Of a DNA stretch of 32,000 bases, positions 10,386-22,124 are shown one piece after another; the first letter of the stretch is position 1, and each line of letters starts with the position of its first letter. This DNA is from Mycoplasma mycoides subsp. capri (GTDB taxonomy: Bacteria > Bacillota_I > Bacilli_A > Mycoplasmatales > Mycoplasmataceae): positions 540,001-572,000 of the forward strand of contig NZ_CP065581.1 in NCBI RefSeq assembly GCF_018389705.1, read 5' to 3'. A program made the position numbers and the translations under genes. Under the pieces are notes generated by a model that worked only from the letters and a program-made list of their open reading frames with translations, was not told the origin of the DNA and searched no databases.

Positions 10386-10426
10386 TAATATAATATAAAT
10401 GTGTTATATAAAGGAGTTATTAATTA
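10386..10426 (+). promoter_or_regulatory. Probable promoter region and ribosome-binding site of smc
   Basis: TATAAT-like element inside taaaataatataatataaatg and AAGGAG at 10411-10416, 10 nt before ATG 10427. Exact -35 not certain. Confidence 0.45.
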
Positions 10427-13393
10427 ATGTTATTTTTAAAGCAAATTAGAGCCAGTGGGTTCAAATCATTTGCCGATCTTACAGTAATGGATTTTAATTA
10501 TGACATGACTGGGGTAGTTGGTCCAAATGGATCTGGAAAGTCAAATATTACTGATGCAATTAGATGAACTTTAGGAGAACAATCAACTAAAACTTTACGT
10601 GGAAGTAAAATGGATGATATTGTTTTTAGTGGAAACAATGAAAAAAAGGCAGCTGATGTTGCTGAAGTAACATTAGTTTTTAATAATACTCATGAAAACT
10701 TTTCATCAATCAAAAGTGATGTTGTTGAAATTACTCGTAAATTTGACAAAAATACTAGAGAAAGTGAATTTTATATTAATTCTACTAAATGTAAATTAAA
10801 AGATGTTCAATCTATTGCTTTAGAAGCTGGATTGACTAGATCAAGTATTGCTATTATTTCTCAAGGAACTGTTGCTAATTTTACTGAATCAAAACCTGAA
10901 ACTAAAAGAGAAATTTTTGATGATGCAGCTGGGGTAAGCAAGTATAAAAAAAGAAAAAAAGAAACATTATCAAAACTAGAAAAAGCAACTGAAAACTTAA
11001 CAAGACTAGAAGATATTGCAAAAGAAATTTCAAGAAGATTACCAAATTTAGAACGTCAATCTAAAAAGGCTTTAGAATATCAACAAAAAGTAAATGAACT
11101 AAAAAATATAGAACTATATATCTTAACAAAAGATCTAAAGGTTTTAGTTAACAGAATTGAAGAATTAAGAGTAGAAAAGATTGAATATGAAACTCAAATT
11201 AAAAAATTAACAAACGAAATTAATATGAGTCAAGAAGAAGTTAATTTAATTATTGATAAAGATTCAGAAGATAATCAAAAATTAGGTGAACTTAATTCTA
11301 AATTTAATTCAATAGTTGAAAAAATTGCTAATTTAAAAGTAAGAAAACAAAAAGCAGAATTTAAAGAACAAGAAAATCTTAACACAAAAGACCAAGATGA
11401 ATATAAAGCTGCTTTAATAAAAAAACAATTTGATGAAAAACAAATTAGTATAAAATCAGAAAAAGATAAGTTAACTAAAGCAGAAAATTCATTATTAGAA
11501 TTAAAAGATAAATACGACTATTATTCAAATAAATATAATGAAATTTATAGAGAAATTGAAACTATAAGAACAACAATTTCAAGAATTAGTATTCAAATTG
11601 AAGCAATAGAACATAATAAAAAAGCAGCGTTACAATCATATCAAGATGGAGTAAGCGCTATTTTAAATAATCAAAAACAAATTGGTGGAGTTGTTGGTGT
11701 TTTAAAATCACTTATTAATGTAAAAGAAGAATATCAAATTGCTATTTCAGTAACTGCTAGTGGTCATATGAATTCATTAGTTATGAAAACTGATCAAGAT
11801 GTTAAAAAAGCAATTGAATTTTTAAAGAAAAACAATAATTTAGGTAGAGTAACATTTTTACCACTAAATACTTTAACTCCTAATTTAATCAATCCAGTAC
11901 AAAGACAAATACTAGAAAAAAGTGAAGGATTTGTTGGATTTGCAAATGAACTAGTAGAATATTCAGAAACTATTTCAAAAGCAGTTGAATATGCTTTAGC
12001 AAGTATTATTGTTGTTCAAAGTTATGATGATGCTATTAACTTAGCAAAAAATACTAATTTTAGATTTAATATAGTTTCACTTGATGGACAAAGAATTTTA
12101 CCACATGGAGCTATTGTTGGTGGTTCAACTAGAAATGCTAATATTTTTACAAAACAAAATACACAAAATCAAGATAATAATTTAGAAGAATTAAAAAATA
12201 AAATTGAATTATTAGAACAAAAAGAAATTAGTAAAACTAAAGAAATAACTGAATATAAAACAGCAAATGATAGTTTAAGAGATCAAATTAACGATTTAAA
12301 TGGAACTATTAGAAACGCTAAAAATAACTTATTTAATTGAACTGAAAATTTAAAAGAGTTTTCAGATGAACATAAAAGTTTAACAGGAAGAGATTTATTT
12401 ACTGGTGTATATAGCAAGTCAGATGAATCTGAATCAATAATTTTAGCAAAACAAATTTCAGAACTTGAAATTCAAAGAGATGAAATTCAAATTGAAATTA
12501 ATTCAATTTCTTTTAAACGTACTCAAAGTATGGAAAAACAAAAAGAAATGAATTCTAAAAACAGTAAAAAAAGAGATGAATTGGATGAACTAAAAACTCA
12601 TGCTGGATCAATCAATACTGAATATAATGTTTTATTACAAAGAAGAATTACTATAATTGATCGTTTATCTAATGGATATCAAATTACTGAAGAAACTGCA
12701 TTAACAATGGAAGTTGAAAATATTGAAGATGAAGAAGTTGCAAGAGAAAGAATAATCGAACTAACAACTTATATTCAAAATATTGGTAATGTTAATATGG
12801 ACGCTATTGAAGAATATAAAAATGAAAAAGAGCGTTTTGATTATTATGATCAACAAATAAAAGATATTTATGATGCTAAAGAAAAACTAGAAAGCATTAT
12901 TTTAGATATTGATATTGCAATGGAGTCTCAATTTAAACAAATTATTGAAGATGTTAATAAAGCTTTACCAGATGTTTTTTCAAAAATGTTTGGTGGAGGT
13001 TATGCAGAATTAATTTATACAGATCCAGACAATATTTTAGAAACTGGAATTGATATTAAAATTTTTCCACCAGGTAAAAAAATTACAAACTTAAATTTAT
13101 TATCTGGAGGAGAAAAGTCTTTAGTTGCTTTATCAGTATTATTTGCAATTTTAAAAGCAAGACCTTTACCATTAGTAATTTTAGATGAAGCTGAAGCTCC
13201 TTTAGATCCAGTTAATGTTGAAAGATTTGCAAGATATGTAAGACAATTTTCACATAACACTCAATTTATTATTGTTACTCATAGAGAAGGAACAATGACT
13301 CAATGTGATTCATTATTTGGTGTAACAATGCAAACTAAAGGTATTACTAAAATCATTAACGTTAAATTAGTTGAAGCTAAAAACTTACACTAA
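10427..13393 (+). CDS. smc: Chromosome segregation ATPase SMC (988 aa)
   Basis: N-terminal MLFLKQIRASGFKSFADLTVMDFNYDMTGVVGPNGSGKSNITDAIRW, hinge region, and C-terminal LLSGGEKSLVALSVLFAILKARPLPLVILDEAEAPLDPVNVERF. Confidence 0.96.
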
Positions 13394-13403
13394 TTTATAA
13401 AAT

Positions 13404-13426
13404 AAAATCCGGAGGTCCCGGATTTT
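13404..13426. terminator. Bidirectional intrinsic terminator between convergent smc and rel
   Basis: AAAATCCGG-aggtc-CCGGATTTT, with A-run on one side and T-run on the other. Confidence 0.85.
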
Positions 13427-13429
13427 TTA

Positions 13430-15694
13430 TTATTTAATTTTTTGGTTTGAAATTCCTCTTTCAACTCCATTAATACCAGGAATTGATCTTAAAGCTGAAA
13501 TTGTTTGTGTTAACTGATTGCTGTTTTTAATTTTAATAGTAATTACTCCACTTGATAATAAAGATTTTTCATCTGTAAAAATATTTGCATTAATAATTGA
13601 TACTTTTAATCCAGAAATAATTTTACTTATATCATAAAGTAGTTTGTTTCTATCAATACCAAAATATTTTAATTTAGTAGTATATGTATTTTTTTCAGCA
13701 ACAGCTTCATTTCATTGTACAACTACTAATCTTGATTTCATATTAGTTCAATCAATATTTATACATTCTTTTAAATGTACTTTAATTCCATTATTTTTAG
13801 TAACAAATCCAACAACCTCTTCATAAGGAATTGGCATACAACAACTAGCTAAAGTAGTTTTAATATTTTTAATACCATCAACTAAAATATCATTTTTAAT
13901 AGTAGTATCATAAATGATTTTTGATTTAATACTTGCATAAGCTTCATCATCTTTTGAATAGTTTTGTTTAATAAAAACTTTTTCAGCAGCTTCATTAATT
14001 GTAAATTCACCTTTAGCTACATCTAATAAAAAATCATTTAGTGAATTATAGTCCATTGTTTTAACTGTTTCTAATATTTCATCAGCTGTTTTTTTCTTTC
14101 ATTTTCAATCTTTTTGATTAATATAAGCATTAATATTAGCTTCAGTTTTTCTAATTAATTCTTTTTGTTGGTCTTTTTTATCTAATGTTTCTTCATTAAT
14201 TTTCTTTTGTAAATATTTTTTAATTCTATTTCTAGCATTTGAAGTAACAACGATTTTTAATCACTCATGAGTTGGTTCTTGTTTTGGTGAAGTTTTGACT
14301 TCAACAACTTCTCCAGATTTTAAAACAGTATTGATTGGTAAAAATACTCCATCAACTCTTGCACCAATTGTCTTTTCACCAATTTCAGTATGAATTCTAT
14401 AAGCAAAATCTAAAACAGTTGATCCATAAGGTAAAGTAATTACAGCTCCATTTGGAGTTAAAACATAAATAGAAGCGGTAAATAAATCATCTTTAATTGA
14501 TTGTTCAATTGATGATTGTTGATCTTCAGATTTATCTAAATCTAAAATACGACTAAAAATATCAATTTTTTCATCAATTTCTTTTTGCTTTTTAGCAATA
14601 TCAATAATTTCTCCTTCTTTATATCTTCAATGAGCAGCAGCTCCAGTTTCAGCAACTTGATTCATTTCTTCAGTTCTTATTTGAACTTCAAAAATATTTC
14701 CATTTGCATCAGATAAAGTAGTGTGAAGTGATTGATAAACATTATTTTTAGGTGTTGCTATATAGTCTTTAAATTTTCCAGCTAAAGGAATGTATTTTTG
14801 ATGAATAAAACCTAGGATTTTATAACAATCATCAATAGATTTTGCAATAATTCTAATTGCTAAAAGATCTGAAATCTCTTCAAAATTCTTACCAATTACA
14901 TTCATTTTTCTATAAATAGAATAAATAGTTTTAGGTCTTCCAAAAATACTAATTATTTTAATATTTTTTTCTTTTTTTAAATATTGTTCTAAATTAATAA
15001 TGATTTCATTAATAATTTGTTGACGATTTTGCATATCACTATTAAATAAATCAGTGATTTTTTTAAATTCTTGTGGATTTAAAATTTCAAATGATCTATC
15101 TTCTAATAGTGACTTAGCACTTTTCATTCCAATTCTATGAGCAATTGCTGAATAAATTTCTAATGTTTCTTGAGCAATAATTTTTTGTTTTTCAGGACGT
15201 AAATTTTTAATAGTATAAATATTGTGCAATCTATCAGCAATTTTAATAATAATTACTCTAATATCTTTTGACATTGATAAATAAAGTTTTCTTAAGTATT
15301 TAGATTTAATTTGCTGACGATTTTCTTTTGCAAAAAAACTTACTTTAGTAACTGATTCAACTAAATTAGCAACTTCTTCATTAAAAAGTTCTACAAGTTC
15401 TTCTTTTTGAATAGGAGTATCTTCTAAAATATCGTGTAATAATCCAGCAATAATAGTGTTAGGACCCATTCTTCACTGAGCTAAATAATAAGCAGCAGAT
15501 AGTGGATGATAAATATAAGGATCGCCATTTTTTCTAGTTTGATTAAAATGACATTTAAACGCATATTTATAAGCTTGTTCAATACGTTCTAATTCACTTT
15601 TATTTTTAATATATTTTTTTAATTCATTTAATAAATCTTTAAAATCTTTGATTTCACGATAATCAAAAGATATATAATTATATTTATTATGCAT
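13430..15694 (-). CDS. rel: Bifunctional (p)ppGpp synthetase/hydrolase, RelA/SpoT family
   Basis: HD domain IIAGLLHDILEDT; synthetase ISIFGRPKTIYSIYRKM...DLLAIRIIA...GNIFEVQIRT; C-terminal TGS and ACT regions. ORF pieces are in frame; stop TAA at 13430-13432. Confidence 0.93.
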
Positions 15695-15726
15695 CCTATC
15701 ACATCCTTATATTAGAATAATTATAA

Positions 15727-15755
15727 AAAAATAAAGACAAAAAGTCTTTATTTTT
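15727..15755 (-). terminator. Intrinsic terminator downstream of apt
   Basis: 12-nt arms AAAAATAAAGAC-aaaaa-GTCTTTATTTTT. Confidence 0.75.
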
Positions 15756-15776
15756 AATGTTTTATCATCACTAATT

Positions 15777-16289
15777 TTAGTATTTAATTAATTTTTGTAC
15801 TTTGTATTGATCAAATAAATTTGCATCATGTAAGAATGTTAAATCAATTAAAAATGACATTCCAATTACTTCTGCTTTACTTAATTTAACTAAATCAATA
15901 ATCGCTTGCATAGTTCCACCAGTAGCTAAAACATCATCAATAACAACTACTTTATCATTTGGTTTTAAATCTCCAACATGAATTTGTTGATGATTTGTAC
16001 CATATTCTAAACTATATTCAACATCATAAACTTCTCTTGGTAGTTTATTTGGTTTTCTAACTAGAACAAATCTTTTATTAGCAGCATAAGCTACAGCTGA
16101 TGCTAATAAAAATCCTCTAGCTTCAGGAGCTACAACTACATCAACATCTAATTTTTTTACAAAATCAGCCATTTGATCAACTGTATATTTAAATGCATCC
16201 TTATTGTTTAATAATGGGGTTATATCTTTAAAAACAATTCCTTGTTTTGGAAAATCTTTAACATCAACTACAAACTCTTTTAAATTCAT
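15777..16289 (-). CDS. apt: Adenine phosphoribosyltransferase
   Basis: MNLKEFVVDVKDFPKQGIVFKDITPLL...VVVIDDVLATGGTMQAIIDLV. Confidence 0.95.
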   Translation of the reverse strand: MNLKEFVVDVKDFPKQGIVFKDITPLLNNKDAFKYTVDQMADFVKKLDVDVVVAPEARGFLLASAVAYAANKRFVLVRKPNKLPREVYDVEYSLEYGTNHQQIHVGDLKPNDKVVVIDDVLATGGTMQAIIDLVKLSKAEVIGMSFLIDLTFLHDANLFDQYKVQKLIKY

Positions 16290-16300
16290 ATTCTGCCTTT

Positions 16301-19300
16301 CTAGTCATTAATTCCATTAATGATTTGTTCTTCTTGATTTATTTTAAAGTTTTGAACATAGTATCTATATCCTAAAACATATATCATACGTTTTTTTTCT
16401 AATCAAATTCAAATTGGTAAAGCTATAAGTAGTGAAACTAAACTAGCTATTAAGATTCCAATAATAATAGTTAATCCCATTCCAATTATTGCATACAACC
16501 CAAATGATAAAATGATCGCATATGCTAAATAAATTACTGTTATTAAAACTGTTCTAGTTATACCAAATTTAAAGACATTAATAAAAGTTTCTTTTAAAAA
16601 GGCATTATTATTAGCAATTAAATCAATTTCAATTTTTGTATGTTTTTTATGGTGTTTTAAGATGTTTTTATTTTCTTTAATTTTTAATTTGAAATCTTTA
16701 TACATACTATTATCTTTTTTATTAAAACGCAATTTGATATTTTGTTTTAATTTAAAAAAGATTTTAGATCATCAAGATTTAATATTGTTTTGTTCTATTT
16801 GTTGTTTAATTAAATTCTTTTTATTAGTTTTATATTCAACTCTTAATTGATGATTTTTTTCATGTACTTGATGTCTAGTAGCTTTTTTGTTTGAAAAGGC
16901 CATAATTTCTTTTTCAAACATTTCAGTAAATGTTTTATTATCTTTAGATTTAATAATAGATTTACCTTTTCCTAAAAATAATACACAAGTTATAATAGTA
17001 AAGCTTAATACAGCTAAAATAGCACTTAAAATTTCAATTCCAACTGGTACTCTAAAAATAACTACTAGTGAACTTACTAAAACTATTACTAAGACTAGTG
17101 TTAAAGCTAAAGCAACAAAATAAGTTCATTTAAATCTAATTAAAATATAAACTAATAAAGCTAATAATGTAATTGCAAATATAATTGCTATATTTTTAAT
17201 TTCACCATAAGCAGTGTATGGAACATTTATTAAATTAATTATTCCATTAGCTGAACTATTATCATCATGATCATATTTAATAGATAAATCAGGATTTTGT
17301 AAATTATCTTTAACAAGTAATTTTTCAAAAATACTAATTATTTTATTATCTTGGGCATTAATAATATTAAATCCAACATAAGCTAATTGTTTATGATCAA
17401 GATTTAAACTATTAGTATCAATAAAATCATAACCATAATCAACATCAACACTAGCTCTAAAATACTTATTATAAGAAACTGGATTTTTTCATAAACTTAC
17501 ATAGTTTTTCTTAACAATTTCTTTATATATATTACCAACAACATAACTAGCTCATTGGTTTTTATCACTAGGTTTAGTTAAATTAGAATAATCAACTTTA
17601 AACTTAGATTTCATGTAAGCATCTTGACTATTTTTAACTTTTTCAAGATGTTCACCCATACTAATGATATCTTTTCCTCTTTTTGTAGATGGATCAAATT
17701 GTTTGTAGTTTCTGATTGCTTCATCTAAATTATCATAAATATCATTAATTTTTTGTCCATAAGCAATTACTGAATAACTTTTTCCAAAACTTGAGTTATA
17801 ATTTGGACCAATTGTAATTCCAATAATAGCTCCTAAAAAAGTACAAATAATAAAAATAATTGTAAAAATTTTATTAATTTTAAAAATTCTTCTTTGTTTA
17901 TTTTTATTTTCTAAAGTTTCTAGAACCTGACTTGAAGTATTTGAATTAATTCTTGCTTGTAAAAATTCTTGTTTTATTAAACTATTTTTAATTGATGATT
18001 TAGTAAATGAATTTTTATTAATTATTTTTTGTTTTTTATTTTCAAGTTTTAATAAATACTTGTTTTTTATTTCTTCAGATTTTTTCTTTTTTAAGATTTT
18101 TGCTTTTTTAGCATTATTGATTTGTTCTTGTTTGTTTAAATAAATTTCATATTTATTTTCAAGTTTTAATAAACGTTTATTTACTAGTTCTAAATTGTGT
18201 TGATCTTTTTTAAGCTGTTTTAACTTTTTATTAGTAATAATTTGTTCTTGTTTATTTAAGTAAAAATCATATTTATCTTTGAATTTTTTTAGTTTAGCTA
18301 AATCTTTTGTAGTTAATTTAGTTTTAGTGTTTAAATTTTCAATTCTTGATAAATAAAAACTTAACATTAAATCATTAAATCAAGTTGATTGACTATTTTT
18401 AATAGTATTTAAAGGTAATAATCAAGGATATTTTGTAAATAATTTAGCTTTTAAAACTAGTCAAGTTAATAAACGTAAACCTAAAATTACAAATAAAATA
18501 ATTATTAATATATTAATAACACTAATTGTTGCTAGATTTTTTAAAGCCCCAGACCCAAAGATAAATAACAACACACTAGGAATTAAAATAATAAATGAAG
18601 TATCTAAAGAAATAGGTAAAGTATCTTTATTACTAATTTTAAATGATGATTCTGGTGATAATTTTTCTTTATAAATATGAGTTTTTAAATTTTCAAAATA
18701 AATAATACTTGCATCTAATATTAAACCAATACCAACAAACATTATCATAAAGATTTCAGGACCAATTGCCATGTTAAAAATAATTGGAACAAACATTGTA
18801 AGTGATGCTGAAATTGCAGCAAGAATTATTGCAAACAATCCTAATAATCTGTATGAAAATAACATAAATACTAGAACTGCTAAAGCTAAAATCACTAAAC
18901 AAGCTAAAGTAATAATTAACATTATATTAGTAATATCAGCACTAAATTCTTTAATTGATAGAACTTTAAATGTGAATCCTAATGAAGTTTGTAAAATATC
19001 AGATTCAACTTGTTTTGCCATTGTATTACTTCATACAGGAATATAAAGTTTGGTTGTTTGAGTTTTTCTATCTGTAACAATAGCAGGATTAGTTGTAACT
19101 ATTCTAATATTTTCTGGTGATATTTGATTATTATGTAATAAGATATTATTTCTAAATAAATTTTGATCTAAATTTTTATTAACAATATGATTTTTATCAG
19201 TAGTATCTTTTTTAAATAAAATTTCAGTCATTAATATTTTTATTAAAGAATTTGAAACTTTATCAATATAATCTAATTCTATATCTTGAGAAGTAGAATT

Positions 19301-20455
19301 ATCACTACTAATTTTTAATTTATTATAGTACTTACCAACATTACCTTTATCATCTTTGATAAAGTCTTTTTCACTAGCATTAGCATCATAAATATATTTA
19401 TTAGCTGAATTTGTAAATCTAAAAATATGATCTGATTTTTTATTATTTAAATTATCAGTTCCAAATAAAACATATTTTAAATCTTTTGTATTATCAATTT
19501 TACCTTTTGTATTACTATTTCATCATTTAACAATATCACTATCAACTAAACTATTTCTTTGAATATTTAGATTTTTATGACTTCCTTCAGTAGTAGGAAC
19601 ACTATATTCAATAGTAAATAGATCTTTTAAAATCTTAACACCTAATTGATCTGATGAAGCTTTACTACTAATATAATCTTGAATTGGTTTAATAATTTGA
19701 TTAAAGTAAGTATTTAAATATTGTTCAACTACTTGATTATTAGTTGAATTTGCTTTTTTATAATAAGTTCTTAAATTTTCAATAATATGACCAACTGATG
19801 TGATCATAGTTAAAGCATTATTATCTTTATTTTTTTTAGGATCAATTAAATTTTTTAAATAATCATTTTTTAAATTAAAACTAACAAAAGGAGAGTTTTT
19901 ATTTGAAAAGTTAGCTGGTTGTAATGATTCAGCTTTAGCTTCACCTAAAAATTCTTCTAAAGTAAGTTTTTTAGCAACTCTTTTATCTGATGAACTATCA
20001 TAAACTTTATCAATACCAATAATTTTCATTAAATTTTCATTAAAGAAAATATCTTGATAATTTTTATCTAAAATAAATAATCCACCAGTTCTTTCAATGG
20101 CATTTTTAAAGTCATCTTGATTATTAGCATAAGCTTTTTTTGATGCTTTAATAAATACACGATAAAGACCAGATTGTTGAGTTTCAATAGTATTATCTGA
20201 AAATGGTGATAGTTTTTTTTCTAATGATTGAGCACCTTTAAAAGCATCACCATTAGGGATTTCTTCTTCTTGATTTTTAGTTTTATCATAAACTCCAACT
20301 AAAGCTTGATAACCACCAACAAATTTTGCTCCATATGAAATATTATTAGAGATTTTATAACTAGAAAAACCAATTCCAGTTAGTAAAGCTAAAATTAGGA
20401 TTAGCACAATAATAAAACGTAGAACTTTTTTAAAGCTAGCTAATCTATTTTTCAT
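16301..20455 (-). CDS. secDF: Fused protein translocase subunit SecDF (about 1384 aa)
   Basis: Pieces starting at 20455, 19231, 19021, 18367 and 16732 share one frame. SecD N-terminus and TM block IMLIITLACLVILALAVLVFMLFSYRLLGLFAIILAAI...GPEIFMIMFVGIGLILDASIIYFE, then a SecF-like half. TGA=Trp throughout; stop TAG at 16301. Confidence 0.85.
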
Positions 20456-20549
20456 TATCTACTTCTCCTTTTAATTTTTAAAATTTAAAAAAACCTATTA
20501 TTTAATAATTTATAAACAAAAATTAAGCTTAGTAAAATAATTATAACAC

Positions 20550-22085
20550 TATAAAATTTTACACCTAAAACTAAAATGTTTTGCTTTTGCTTTTTAATTT
20601 TTTATCATTAGTGATTTTTTGTTTAGTTAATAAAATAGATTCTTTTTCAATTCTAGCCATTAATCTTCTATCAGTAATCACTTTTTTATACAATGATAAT
20701 TCTCTTTTTTGAGTATCTAATGAATAACTTCAAGGTCCTTTAACTTGTTTTGTTCTAATAAATGAAATCATCATATCTGGGTCAATATTATTAGCTCCAG
20801 CTTGTAATGGTTTTCAATCCATTAATCCGATATGAATCATAATTACACTTTGAGCAATATAACCATTTTCTTTTTTAGCTGTTTGATTTTCTAAAAAATG
20901 AATATTATTTCTATATCCAGATTCAAATAAATAATTTTTTACTTCTCTTGGTTTTGTTGTTGAAATTAAAACTGTAAATAATTTATTTTTTGGATAAATT
21001 CTATCAATAACAACACCTTGAATCACAAAACAAATAAATGAAGCAAATAAACTTGGACCAAAAACAAATTTCAATTTAATAATAGTTGTTAAATTATCAT
21101 AATTTGTAAAATTAGTATTTGAAGCAATAATTTGAGCAATTTGTTGTCTTGTTCATATTTGTTGATCAGAAACAGATCAGTTTGATGGTAAATAAAAATG
21201 ATGATGAGAATTAAAATCTAAAATAAATTTACCTGAATCTTTTGCTTTATTATAAATTTCAGTAAATTGTTCATCAGTAAGTGTATTTAAAACACTTAGT
21301 TTTGCAGTTGAATCAATTTTATAAATTGGCATAATTACAGTATTTAAAACAACAAAAATTAATAATAAAGTAAAATTAATTTTCATATTAATTGAACCAA
21401 TTTGCTTATTGTATTTTTTTGAAACATATGCACTAATAAAATCAGTTCCAGCTGTTGAAGAACCTACTCTATAAGTTAATGAATAAGTTATTCCTAAAAA
21501 AAATCCACCAAAAATTGAAAAAACAAATAACCATAATTTAGATGATCATTCTGTTGGAAGTGATGATATTAACTTATAATTAATAATTAATGATCATTCA
21601 TTTGGATTGATTATTGGAAGTCTTGTAATAATTTGATTTCATCCAATACTTAATAAAATATATAATAACGATGTTAAAGTAAATTTAATACCAACCTTTA
21701 TAAACCCAAAAACAAAAAACGGCAAATTAACTATAAATAAGAAAATAAAAAATGAAGAAGAAGTAGAAATACTTGTAATATGTTTATTTAAAACAATACT
21801 TAAAAATCTAGCAATTGTAGCAGTTCCACCAGGAAATAATCCAGTATCTCCAGTTACTAAAATAAAATAATCAGTTGTAATAGTATTTGCTAAAGCAGCT
21901 AAAGCAATAATAAAAATATCTCATCAAAAACTAGTTTTAAAATAGATTCGATGCTCGACTTTCTTTTTATATTTATTAAAAGTTTTTAGATAACTTTTTT
22001 CATAAGATGAGTGTTGTTTTATTTCATTAATTTCTTCAATAGTTAATGGGGGGGCTTTTTTAGGTTTAATGATTGGTATTTGCAT
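20550..22085 (-). CDS. YitT family (DUF161/DUF2179) membrane protein
   Basis: LPFFVFGFIKVGIKFTLTSLLYILLSIG...RVGSSTAGTDFISAYVSKKYNKQIGSIN; C-terminal DUF2179-like VLISTTKPREVKNYLFESGYRNNIHFLE. Rejoined with TGA=Trp; start ATG at 22085. Confidence 0.8.
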
Positions 22086-22124
22086 GATCTATTCCTTATA
22101 AAATAATATTATTACATAAATTAG

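Noticed and set aside
10122-10426. Possible structured non-coding RNA in the 305-nt gap before smc
   Set aside because: The only strong structure is the terminator-like hairpin at 10188..10230; the rest is AT-rich with only weak short stems such as AAAAAC-cataga-GTTTTT. Insufficient for an ncRNA call.
13015-13260. Minus-strand ORF of 81 aa
   Set aside because: Antisense to the conserved SMC C-terminal ATPase region; a shadow ORF.
13644-13826. Plus-strand ORF of 60 aa
   Set aside because: Antisense to the C-terminal part of rel; no support.
16662-17123. Plus-strand ORFs at 16662..16850 and 16887..17123
   Set aside because: Opposite strand of the SecF-like half of secDF, which has clear membrane domains in the minus frame.
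18771-19046. Plus-strand ORF of 91 aa
   Set aside because: Antisense to the SecD TM region; compositional artefact.
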